In this document: positions 36,987 through 49,774 of the stretch, one piece after another
Position numbering within the stretch: position 1 is the first letter of the stretch
Layout of the letters: each line of letters starts with the position of its first letter
Assembly: GCA_003693705.1 (NCBI GenBank)
Contig: RBZT01000716.1
Location: 30,518-94,517 of the forward strand
DNA length: 64,000 nucleotides
DNA from: Polymyxa betae A26-41
Taxonomy: Eukaryota; Protista; Endomyxa: Phytomyxea
Reading direction: 5' to 3'
The notes under the pieces: generated by a model
What the model was told of the DNA's origin: nothing
What the model saw: only the letters and a program-made list of their open reading frames with translations
The model's database searches: none
Position numbers and translations under genes: made by a program

Positions 36987-37687
36987 ATGGTTGCCGAGCT
37001 CTACTATACACCGCAATCATGTGGCGCTGCCAGCTACATAGCCGCATACAAGGCCGGCATCCTTGGAAGTAAAGTGAACGCCTATCAAGCCAACATACAA
37101 TCCCATAAGGTCGCCACGGGTCCAAGTAAAGGCAAGGATTTCTATTCCATCAATCCGAAAGGGAACGTGCCCGCCATCATCTTGGATGATCGTATTGTTC
37201 TGAATGAAAATTCCGCTACACTTCAATGGATTGCTGATCAGAATCCATCCTCTGAATTAGCACCTCGTAATGGCAGTCCTGAGCGTTATCAGTTGCAGTC
37301 GATGCTCAGCTTCTTGTCATCTGAAATTCATAGCAAGTTGGCACCTCTCTTTGATTCCACCATCTCTCAAGATGTCAAGAAATATATGATGAATTGGTAT
37401 TTAAAACATGTATTGTTGCTTTGCTTGTGACTAAATGATAAAATAGTGTTCAACAGAAGTTTCAGTTTCTGAGCAAGAATGAGCTCAGCAATGGTAGCAA
37501 GAATTATCTTGTAGGTAATAAGTTTACTGTCGCTGATGCGTATCTCTACATCATTCTATCGTGGACTAAACCTCTTGGTATTGATATTGGTGAATATCCT
37601 ATCTTGAAGCAATACTATGATGATATTGGATCATTGGACTTTGTCAAGAAAGCCCAGTTTGAGATGGATAACGCTTCATCTAATTGA
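36987..37687 (+). CDS. Glutathione S-transferase, beta-class, copy 2; intron 37397-37446
   Basis: MVAELYYTPQSCGAASY...INPKGNVPA...SEIHSKLAPLF; splicing gives MMNC-VQQKFQF...YLVGNKFTVADAYLY; stop 37685-37687. Confidence 0.92.
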
Positions 37688-37879
37688 TTTTCGCCATTTC
37701 TTAATCGTTCTTCATTAAAGATTCTAAAGTTTTTGGAATTGATGCATTTGCATGTAGATAGAACCGGTTAGATTTGTGAGATGAAAAGCACTGATCTCAA
37801 GACAAGCAGTGTCTTGATGGGCTTATGTGGATCTATCATGAAATAGAATTTAAGGACGTTAGGCTTCATGACGACATGG

Positions 37880-38150
37880 TGGATTCAGCGGAGAAGGGAA
37901 CTCATGCTGCGATCGGGTTGGGTGAAGAAAGGCGTCTATCTGACCTTGCTCGCATTTCTGCAGCAGACGTCGATGCTCGGAAACAATGCGATCTAGGAGT
38001 GTTAAGCCAATATTGATCTTGTAATTAAGTTCTTACGAGCCAGAACATAAATCTGAGCGTGAATGATGGCCTGCTGATCCAGGTCGAACTGCCGACCCAA
38101 CATTGATGAACAATTATGTTCGGTTGCGTTCGTCGTCCGAATGAAGAGTT
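37880..38150 (-). pseudogene. Second degenerate copy of the unknown gene downstream of GST
   Basis: GRQFDLDQQAIIHAQIYVLARK and IALFPSIDVC match the 17480-17940 copy; stops present. Confidence 0.5.
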
Positions 38151-39072
38151 CAGTTCAGTCATGGAAGGTCCTCACTCGTAGCTTGGCAGAAAACGTCGAA
38201 TATCAGCCAAGATCAGACCAGTGAGAATTGGAATCGCTGAACCGGCTGTAATCATGCAGAGCTCGGTGGACAATGCGACCGACTGAGCTCTCCCGTCATC
38301 ATTGCAATAATATCCCATTCGTGAGAATTCTCACATCTTCTGATAATGTACATCGTGATTTCTCATGGCGATTTCTAAGGATTATTCAGATGTAACTGTT
38401 ATCTTTGACTCTTTATAATCCACGGTTAATGATAACAACAGTGAAGCCAAAAGCAACATGATCCATCCATTGACATCGAAGCAAACTACTGAGGCCGTCA
38501 ATCTTCAGTTCATCATGCACTTTCGCATGATAAAGTATGGAGTGGTATCGCCACTATCGGGGTTCGTTTGAATTGGAAATTGATTTCGTCTCCCAATTTT
38601 CAGTGTCCCAAATCGGCCACAGGATCGTCGTTCACGTTTGTTGTACTTGTGGAAGGAGGGTTCCTGATTATTTGCATTTCGATCCATCTCATCCTTCAAC
38701 TCTGTTTATTTACGAAGATTTCGAGACTACCGATTCTTGCCTCACGTAATTGATTCCAGATAACACGGAGCATTACGAAATCATCCATTTCGGACATGTT
38801 TAAAGGTCGCGAAAACGATTCTAAAAGTCATCATGACCACCATGGTGGGAAATTTCTCTGCTTTTGTTAACCTATCATTACGGAGTACTTAGTACTATGT
38901 AGCCGATCATCGCCAATAATATCCGAATACTGGTTGTGTGTCGATCTGACAGTAGGCCCGAGGTAATACTATCCCCTCCCTCCAGATCGTATTAGGGAAG
39001 GGAGTACGGTCGTTATTACCCAATGTTGGGTTGGTACGGGTACATAGGATCGTTCCATTGCTGTGCATTCTC

Positions 39073-42000
39073 ATGATGTGGTTGCTGCCTCTGGTCGTAC
39101 TATTGGGCGCCTCCCTTCAGCCCCAGGCCGCCGTCTTCGTCCCACACTCGGGCAATGCTCTGCGCTTCAACGGCGACAAATCCCATCGGGATTATGTTCA
39201 AATCGCCCCGAAATGTCAGGCTGATGGGAACCCATTCGACCATGCCAATCTGACTCTCGCTGTCTGGTTTCGAACAACCACTACAACAAGCCTGGAACAG
39301 ATCCTATTCGGATATTCGGTGGCACAAGGCCCTCTAATCAGCCTTGCTGTTGGAGGAGTTCCTCATTTTCGTGGTATTTTCACATCACCTGATTTCGCTA
39401 CATGGATCGAGCCGCGCCCGAATCTCGTTGATGGACAATGGCATCATCTCGCCCTCACAAACAGTGCTGATTACTTCGCCTTTTATGTCGATGGTCGTGT
39501 CTACTACAACTGTACTGGTCCGATGCGTCAGGCCACTCGATCGGACCAGATTGTCCTGGGTGTCTACGACACAGCATTTGATTCAGCCAATGCACTCTCA
39601 TTCTCAGGTGATATCGATGATGTGCGAATCTATAGGCGTCTATTCAAGACTGACGATGATGTTTTCGTCAATATCATGAGTCGACCACCGACCGATGCCG
39701 AACTCGCCGATGATTTGATTTTGGCGCTAAATTTCGATGTCGATCGCATCAATGTTCATTCGATCGTGAGCCGGGCCGATGTTCCTGTCTCCATCGATCT
39801 GGGCGGTGGTCTCATTCAACGATCCCCACAATTGGTGCCATCCACAGCTCCAATCTATTCGGTTGTTCCATCTCAGGTTGGCCCCTTCGTCATTGAAGCG
39901 TAAGCACTTGATCTGTTACAATTTCAACATCTTTTCCATCTATTGACAACAGCGCTTAATTCAAAAGTGAAAAAGTTTTCTACCTATCTGACAACATCTG
40001 TCTCATCCTCTGTTAGTGTGCAGGACGAATCGATGACGATTGCGCCGACAGTACAGCATCCGTTGCTGGCGACCACGCCGCGATACGAAGTCAATCGTAC
40101 GACGTCATTAACGTTCCCAGCCCCGAGCCCGGGGTGGCAAAAGGGCGAATCCGTCATGATCATTGTCGGGTTCATACTGTACAACACGCCCAATTCCGGC
40201 ACGGTCTACATCGACGGCATTCCTCTCGTTTCTGGCCAGGTAACATGATCAACTCGTATCACGTTACACATGGCTGATGTCTAGTGCAGATGCTGTACGC
40301 TGGAGCTAACGCTACTATCTCATTTGAGCCTACATTGGGTGTAGTTGGCCCCGGTCTAATCTGGATCTGGACAACATTCGTATTTCCGGATTGGTCATGG
40401 ATGAACTGTGTCTTTATCATGAACTCACGAATGAACACACGTCCTGTTGCTGGTGGATCTGGGAATGCTGCACGATTTGATGGAGTTGATGATTTCTACA
40501 TGGCCGAACATCTCGCGTGGCCCACGAAACAGGTCGATGTGAATGGGGTTCTAGAACGGGGGCTGTCGGCGATTACGATCGAGTTCTGGTCGTGGGCGGA
40601 TGCCAACTGTGCCGGTGATACGGCTGTATTCGCCTTGGGTGGCAATACTGAGGTTAATGTTGATTATATTGATGCGTATAATCGGCAGAGACGTTCGGGA
40701 CGATGGCATGTAACATTACCTGATGAGGTTGGCATTAGTTGCTGATTGCTTTATGTTGCAATCTGATTATGATCAACAGACGGGATCGGTAACATGGCGC
40801 GTTGGTGAAGCTATCCTAAAAACGCCTATAACCTCACGCTATAGTGGATGGACACATTATGCATTTGTTCATGATGGTATTGAAGGAACATTTGCTGGTC
40901 TGTATATCAATGGAGATCTGATTCATTATATGAATCAATGGTATGATGGACTACAAGCTGGATTATTGGATTTCAATCATGTTACGATTGGAACATGGAC
41001 ATTCTGGAGTGAAGTTTATCATAAGGGTATCATAGACGAGTTCCGTATGTGGAATTACAGTCGAAGTGCCAGCGAGATACAACGTGATCGTTATCGTCAG
41101 CTGACCGGATCCGAACCTAATCTGTATGCATATTGGTCATTTGATAATGACGATGATGGAACGGTTCGAGATCGTACTGGACATGGTAACAATCTACAAG
41201 CAGGTGGCTGTGTTGCATGTCAGCCACGATTCTACTGTCAACCGTACTCGACAGCTCCTATCACGCTCGGTCCTGATAACTGTATTCCAAGCGCTAAGAA
41301 TGTCGATTCGCCAAATTATCGCAGTGAAGTGTGTTATGGAGGAACGGTCTGTTTCAAAGGTGAAGAACGTGATAGCACACACCCGACTTTGGTGCCATCG
41401 GGAGCTCCTATCGGCGGTCACACATTCGAACAGTTCTCATCAGGAGGCGCTGCTGCAGAATTTCTCTTGAACGGAACCGATCCCGATGGAGACGCACTCG
41501 TCTTTTCCATTGAATATCTTCCTGATCGTGGTGTTCTTCAATACCAAGACACGGACGGGGAATGGGCCACGATCACATTGGCGCCCTTCCCGCTGTCAGG
41601 CGGCCTCAACTATGTGCGATTCCTATCGCATGAAGGCGACGGCGGCCACCCATTTGCGGTTGTGACATACAGAGTTAACGACGGGTTCGTGAAATCTCTT
41701 CCGATCTCTGTTCCAATCAGTCTGCTATGTCCAATGGGAACCTTCATGAACCAGGATGAATATCGATGTGATGCTTGTCCACCGGGATCTTATTCAGATG
41801 AGGAAAACTTAGACCCGGCATGCAAGCTCTGTCTTATTAATGAATTCCAGCCAAATAGCGGGCAGACGTCCTGCTTGAAATGTACGCTAGGATCCAGCTA
41901 TACAATGTCACCGGGTGCTGCCTCCTGTACGTTCTGTAATTCGACGGATGTGGCCACCAATCCGGATCTGCTATCATTATCGACATCATACTGTGCTATT

Positions 42001-43809
42001 GGATTCATGGCTGATAATGAAGTCTCCACGAAAGGCGGACAACATTCAGAAATTGATTTCGCATCGCTGCTGCCGGAAGGTCTAGACCCGTCCCAAGCTC
42101 GGGTCTTACTATCCACAATTCCGCAATACGGAAACCTCCACCAGCTCGATGACGAGGACGCCTTAGCCGATAACTTCTACGACTACTTCTTCTCATCGAT
42201 CGAGATTCAGGAGCAGTACGTCTCCGGCGTGGTACATTGCTCGAACTGGTTACCGGACCGTTTGCCGAACGCCACGATCGGCCGTCCCGACGTCTCGAAA
42301 GCAGGCAGCTTTCCTCGTGCCTGGAGCCCCTTTGATGGTGATAATGGTATCGCCGGCATCACGCTCAAGTTCAAGACACCTCTTTACATGACTGGGGTCG
42401 TTATATATGAGAATATTGGGGGAGGTGCTGTTACTAAGATCGAAGCTTTAACACCTTCTGGAAACTTTACCACTGTTTGGACTGGAGAACCTTTAGCTGT
42501 TGGTCTTCTGGTGATGCGACAATTTCAGCCGACCATCTGTCCGACCAATTTCAAAACCGATACTCTACGGCTTACTGTGAACGCGTTGAAATGTTCTGGG
42601 AGGAATGAGATCGATGCGGTCAAGATGTTGGGAGCTACCGACCTGAAGAAGTCTCGAAACATGCTCGTACAGAATCCCAGCCTAAAAGTCGGATATGTCC
42701 CACCAACGATCTCATCGATTTCTGGTGGTGTTCCGCTCGGCTATAAATTCTCGGATTCGATCAGCTACCAGATTCAGACTTGCTTTGGTGGCGAGATCGT
42801 CACATCCGGCGTTCAATCGCTACAGGTGACGTTGGGCTCCTCGAAAGTCACCGACATGTTCGCCACCAGGGCCAGTACGATAGCGGCTGCTAGCCTTGCT
42901 GCGTTCGGGATCGCGGTCTGTGTTCTATCCTCCATGATAATACGTTTATTCCGAAATGAGCCCATTATTCGAGCATCCTCGATCTTCTTCATGAATATTA
43001 TGCTGATAGGAATGGCGAGCGGGTTCCTGGTACTTCTCATAACAGCCATTCATGCTGCTGATCCATCTCGTATTCCGTATTTCTGCATGATCAGACCCTT
43101 CATCTTTACTTTTGGATTCGTTCTGATCATGGGATCCATTATCGTCAAGACCGGACGTATCGTGCTGATTTTCGAGCTGACTAAAGGCCAACGGGTCGTC
43201 AAAGTCACCAATGGCCGCCTTATGCTGATCGTCTCCATCATGATGTTGATCGACTTTTCATTCCTAATCGGCGCCTTGATCACGAACCCGTTGCAAGACA
43301 CGATCGTGACGACCAACACGGCTCGTTATCACATCTGTGCCAGCGATCTGTCTGAATCGTTGATTAACTACAGCATCGCATACAAATGCCTTATGGTTTT
43401 TATCGGCCTGGCTCTCGTCATCAAAGGGCGTAATGTCCCTTCGACCTTTAACGAAGTCAAAGGGTTATCGTTTATGGCATACACAATCGCGACCAATTCG
43501 ATTATTTACCTGATAATTAGTGGGTTCGTTAGCAATGATCCAAACGCATCGGTCATCATCATGACCTTCACCATGGTCGTCGCTCTATTCTCCACTTGGA
43601 CTATACTGGTGGCCTTCAAGTTCTTCATCGTCCTGTTCCGGCCAGAACAGAATGTCATTAATACGACAACTGCGAAGCCTGGATCGACCCGAACTCCTTC
43701 ACGAGCTCCTTCACGAGCCCCTACAAAGCCTGCTGGGACAACTGTAGCGGCAGCTCCTGGCGCTGCAGGTTTCACCATCAGCGACACCATGTACACAGAT
43801 CGAACATAA
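39073..43809 (+). CDS. Class C (GABA-B-like 7tm_3) GPCR with LamG/pentraxin, Ig/cadherin-like, Cys-rich and jelly-roll ectodomain; copy 1
   Basis: Signal peptide; DGQWHHLAL...FYVDG...FSGDIDDVRIY; WTHYAFV...GIIDEFRMWN; NGTDPDGD; CPPGSYS..C..C...FQP..GQTSC; 7TM with IIRASS, VKTGRI, KGRNVPSTFNE; introns 39900-40016, ~40240-40284, ~40728-40778. Confidence 0.88.
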
Positions 43810-44924
43810 TATTATGTTATTACACCAACTCTAGCAATAAAGCTTTTTCAGAATTTATGATGCCATACCTAGAGAGGCGACATGCTACTTGGAAAATTGG
43901 ACGATGCTGAGGTTTGAAGATCGGATGCCAAAATAGAGTGTGTTTATTGGCGCCAGGCATAAGATATCTCTCTCAAAACAACAGAATGCGAGCCATATAG
44001 GGCGGTGCTTTCCCTAAACGTTCCTTTGATTGCCATCCAATCGATCGCTGTTGTACTTGATGATGGAGGCGTGGGAGTAGACTGCCATAGGCCACTAATG
44101 GTGTAGCGGGACCTCTCAGAGGGATGCGCTGTTATTAAAGCTCGCCTATCTCACAGGCTCACCTCTTTATCACACTTCCAAGGTCTTCAGCTCTACCTGC
44201 ACCTATATACCATTACGAGATCATTATTGCTAAATTGTATTGTTGTGGTCAGCTGATAGAGCTTCGAAAATTTTGGTCAAGCACTCACAAGCCATTCTTT
44301 GCTAATGTCATTTAAAGAGGAAAACCTCCAGTTATGATTCATAAGACGATTGCTATTTGAGCTTGCTCTAACGAGAACTCAATCTGCCTGATCTAACCAG
44401 TCTCTTCTTTCTCATAATTTCAAAGGGGGTTTTCTGGTTAAAGCTTTTGAATCAATCATTAGCTTGCGATAATTGCTGATAATTGGGTCCACATTCCAAA
44501 TGATCCTGACCGCTATTCTAAAGTGTCAACTATCAGACGTTTCTTTCGAATGGGGATAGCCTCACTTTCTCTGTATGCAAATCCCAGCGACAGAAACAAA
44601 TCTGGCACTATCCAAAACTCAAGAAAGTTTCTACCGCTATACACGTAACATTCGCGAATGCGCTGTTAATCGCTTGCACTCTTGCTTTCCTTGAACCTGT
44701 TGATGCTGTAAGACATGGTCTCAATGAGTAGTGCAACTTTCTATGCCTACTACAAGAAAATGTAAGAATGTCGTTTTCTAGAAGGGACAACAACAGCAAT
44801 GACGACACCAAGATGGATCGAATGATGGTACTTCCCGGATCGGCTTGACGTACCAATTTAAATTGGTCTGTGCTGAGAGGCGGGAAGTCATCAATGTTTA
44901 AAGTTCCAGTACGGTCTTCTGTCC

Positions 44925-47900
44925 ATGACATGCCTAATGTTCAATTTAGTCATGCTCCTCATTACGCTGCTTTTACTTTCCGTCGCCAACTCTGCCTCGC
45001 AAGTTTTTGTTCCCACTTCTGGCAACGCTCTTCGATTCAATGGTGACAAAGCGCATCGTCATTATCTCTCGATAACGCCTAAGTGCCAAGCTGACGGAAA
45101 TCCTTTTGCACATAGCAATATTACTGTTGCTACATGGCTCCGTACCACAGCTACCACAACCTTAGAGCAAGCTCTAGTTGGATTCTCGTACGGTCAAGGC
45201 CCAATGATCAGCCTGGCCCAAGATGGTGGACCTCATTTTCGGGGAAGTCCCTCTATGTCGTCTTATACATGTCATAATTGGAACGATCCAAACCCGAATC
45301 TTGCCGATGGCCAATGGCATCACCTCGCCCTTTCGACGAGTTCCACTTTCTTCGGCATTTACGTTGACGGTCGTGCACATTTGACTTGTACTGGAATAAT
45401 GACTCAAATCGCTCGTTCCGATACGTTCATACTGGGTGTCTATGACACGACCTTCGATTCGGGAAACTCGGTACCTTTCACTGGTGACCTGGATGACGTT
45501 CGCATCGACAAGCGTACCTTCTTTAACGACGACGATTTGTTCGAATCCGTTGTCAGTCGACCACCTACTACTTTGGAACTCGCCAACGACCTGCTAGTGG
45601 CTTTAAACTTCGATGTCGATGGCATGGGTGTCAGCACCATCGAGAACCAGGCTAGAGTTGCAACGAACATCGAATTGGGCGGTGGTCTTGCGATTCGATC
45701 ACCGTACCTCGTGCCTTCAACAGCTCCTGTCTATTCGTCGAATAACAATGGACCCATCATTATCGATGCGGTCCAAGACGAATCGGCGTCCTTCTGCCCA
45801 ACAGCCGTGCAAGACCTCTTCACGGCCACGCCTAGATATTGCACGAATGTGACATCTTCAGCGACGGCTGATTTGATTGTTTGGGGAGTGTGGAACACCG
45901 TTCCAAATTCAGGCATCGTGAAGATTAACAACACAATCCTTACTTCGGGATTGGTAAGCTCTTATCCATTCCTTCTGATCGCACACCTGATTCGGCTTAG
46001 ACATTAACATCTCTGACGAATGCGACTCTGGAATACGAACCGGTTCTTGGGTCTACTGGTCCGGGTCTGGTTCAGATTTGGGCATCCTTCGTCTTCAATG
46101 GTACCCGCTGGCAGGGCGTTCATATACGCATAAATTCGCGTGCCAATGGACGTCCTGTAGTAGGCGGAGGTGGATACGCTGCCAAGTTTGATGGTGTCGA
46201 TGATTTCTACATTGCGGATCATCTTGCCTGGCCGACGAAAGAGGTCATGTTGAACGGGGCCTTAACTCGGGGTCTGTCTGCCATCACGGTCGAGTTCTGG
46301 GTTTGGGTCGATAAAAGCTGTGCCGGTGATACGGCTGTGTTTGCATTAGGAGGGAACACTGAAACGAATGGAAACTGGGTTGATCCATACAATAAGCTAC
46401 GTAGATCCGGTCGATGGCATATCACATTGCCTGATGAGGTTCGCTGACTGCTTTATGGTATTATTGGAATCTGATTGCTACTACAGACTGGATCCACTGC
46501 TCTACGTGTCGGCTACAATAGCTTCCAGACATCGACAATACCGTATTATAGCGGTTGGGCTCATTACGCTTTCGTACACGACGGCATTGAAGGTCCTCAT
46601 GCCCGTATCTACGTAAATGGACAGCTCGCCAACTTGTTTTGGCCTTGGTACGACGGTATGTACAAATTATCTGATCGCTTTCCAATTTGAGGCCCATTGT
46701 TTGAGCTGGACCTTAGTACTCTATCCATTCATTTAGGTGTTTATCAAGTCTTCGTAGAGGTTTTGCTATCATGATTAAATTTATGCCAACGACCACTTTT
46801 ATTGAGTATGAATGTTAAGGTCATTAACGACCATGTTTTAGGGCTGCAAGACGGGCTGCTAGATTTCAATCACGTGACGATCGGGACTTGGACATTCTGG
46901 AGTGAAGTTTATCACAAAGGCATCGTCGACGACTTCCGCCTGTGGAATTACAGTCGTTCAGGGCACGAAATCCATCGGGATATGTACCATCAGTTGACCG
47001 GATCCGAGCCTAATTTGTTCGCTTATTGGACGTTCGACAACGACGATAAAGGCGTCGTTAAAGATGTTGCTGGACGTGGTAACGACCTTCGAGCCGGCGG
47101 CTGCGTTGCATGCGAACCCCGATTTTATTGTCAGCCGCACTCGACAGTTCCAATCACGGTTGGTCCCGAAAGCTGCATTCCCAGCGCTAAAAGTCCTGAG
47201 TCGTCGCGTTATCGATCACAAGTCTGCTTTGGAGGCACGGTATGTTTCAAAGGCGAAGAACGTGATAGCACACACCCAACATTGGTGTTATCTGGAGCTC
47301 CTATCGGTGGCCATACGTTCGAACAATTCTCCACTGGAGGCACTGCCGCCGAATTCACCCTAAACGGAACCGATCCAGATGGCGACTCGATCATCTTCTC
47401 GATCGAAACCCTTCCTGAACATGGCGTTCTTCAATATAAGGATCTGAACAGCGATTGGATCACAGTATCCACAGCACCACTCAATTTGCCTTTGGGGGTT
47501 AATGTTATGCGCTTACTATCGTCAAATGGCGACGGTGGTCATCCTTTCGCTGTATTTTCCTATGCAGCGCGTGACTCCATTTCCAAATCGATCCCGGTCG
47601 ACATTCGCATCAGTCTTATTTGCCCGCGAGGGAAGTTCTTGAACAAGGTCGCATATCGCTGTGATTTATGTCCACCTGGTTCGTACTCGAAAGACGCCAA
47701 CATGAATACAAGTTGTACGCTGTGCCCGGAGAATGAATTCCAGCCGAATTACGGACAGACTTCCTGCTCAAAATGCGCTCAAGGCTCCAGCTACGCCCTT
47801 GAGCCTGGATCCGCTTCATGCTCGTTATGCAATTCAACTGACATAATCGTGAACCCGGTCGCCCTTTCAACTTCGTATTGCTCGATTGATTTTATTACGG

Positions 47901-49774
47901 ATAATGAATTTTCCATCAAGGGCGGTGGTCCCTCTGAAATCAGTTTCGCCTCTCTACTTCCTGACGGTTTGGAACCGTCCAGTGCTCGTGTCGTACTGTC
48001 CACTCTTCCGCAATATGGCAACCTGTATCAACTGGATGAAAACAAACAATTGGCTGAGAACCTTTACGATTACTTTTTCGCTTCAGTTGAGATTCAAGAG
48101 CAGTATGTCTCCAGCGTCGTACATTGCACGAATTGGCTATCAGGTCGATCATATAATCAAACCATCGGCGAACCAGACGTTATGACGACTGTCAGCTCTT
48201 CGAATGCCTGGGCGGGTTTTGATGCTGATAACGGCGTCGCTGAAATCACGCTCAAATTTGATACCGCTCTCTACATGACCGGGATCGTAATCTATGAAAA
48301 TATCGGTGGAGGTGCCGTCACCAAGATTGAAGCGCTTACACCATCGGGCGATTTTTCAGTTATTTGGACAGGAGACCCTCTGCCAACTGGGCTTCTGGTC
48401 ATGCGACAGTTTCAGCCTACTATCTGTCCGACCAATTTTATAACCGATACGCTACGACTTACTGTAAACGCGCTCCAGTGTGTCGGCCGTAACGAGATCG
48501 ACGCTGTCAAGATGATGGGCGCCACCGACCTACAAAAGTCCCGAAACATTCTCATAAAAAATTCGCAGCTGAAAGTCGCATACGTTCCGCCCACGATTTC
48601 TTCGATTTCTGGTGGCGTTCCGCTCGGTTATAAGTTCACCGATTCAATCAGCTACCAAATTCAGAGTTGTAACGGTGGCAGTATCGTCACCTCTGGGGTT
48701 CAAACCCTAAAAGGGACTTTGGGTTCGCTCAACATCATCGATATGTTCGCCTCTAAAGGAATCACGATCACTGCGGCCACCCTGGCTTCAATCGGCATTT
48801 TCGCTTGCATCATATCTGTCATCATCATTCATAAGTTCCGAATGGAACCGATAATTCGGGCCTCTTCAGTATTCTTCTTGAACATTATGCTTGTGGGAAT
48901 GGCCAGCGGGTTTCTGGTTCTTTTAATGTCTGCCATTAATGCTTCTGATCCAACCAGTTTTCCCCACTTCTGCATGGCTCGGCCATTCGTGTTTAGCTTC
49001 GGGTTCGTTTTGCTTGTCGGGTCCATTATCGTCAAGACCGGACGAATCGTCCTGATCTTCGAGTTGACCAAAGGCAGCCGCGTTGTGAAAGTCACCAATG
49101 GTCGGCTCTTTGCTATTGTCCTCGTCATGATTCTGGTCGACTTCTCCATTCTGTTTGGAGCCCTATTTATTGATCCTTTGGAGGATACTCTGGTTATAAC
49201 GAATTCGATTCGCTATCACATCTGTGATAGCGGCTTTGGAGGCGCTGTGGTTAACTATAGCACCGCCTACAAATGTGTTCTTGTCTTGATCGGTCTGGCT
49301 CTGGCTATCAAAGGACGTAATGTCCCATCAACTTTCAATGAAGTCAAGGCGTTATCATTCATGGCATATACGATCGCCACGAATTCCATCATTTACATGA
49401 TTATAAGCGGGCTCGTTAGCAATGACCCGAACGCCTCCGTCATCATTATGACCTTCACAATGAGCGTCGCCCTGTTTTCAACCTGGGGCATCCTTGTCGC
49501 TGCCAAACTCTTCATCGTTCGGTTCCGACCGGAGCTCAATACCTTAAATACGGTTGCTGCCAATAAGGGATCTGGGAAAGGAACGAATTCGAAGCCTGGC
49601 GGTAAAGTGTCTGGACCTAACACTCGCGCTCCTCCACAAGCTGCTGCTGCTGCTACTACAAGACCAGTTTTTAGTGCTTTATCACGTGGTAGCACTATAG
49701 GTTCTGACATCACTGCTGGTGCTCGCGATAGTAACCTCGGTACCCGTAATGGCTCGGTTGCTGGTCATCAATGA
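44925..49774 (+). CDS. Class C GPCR with the same ectodomain; tandem copy 2
   Basis: Collinear with copy 1 throughout; introns ~45953-46010, ~46439-46486, 46656-46841. Confidence 0.88.
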
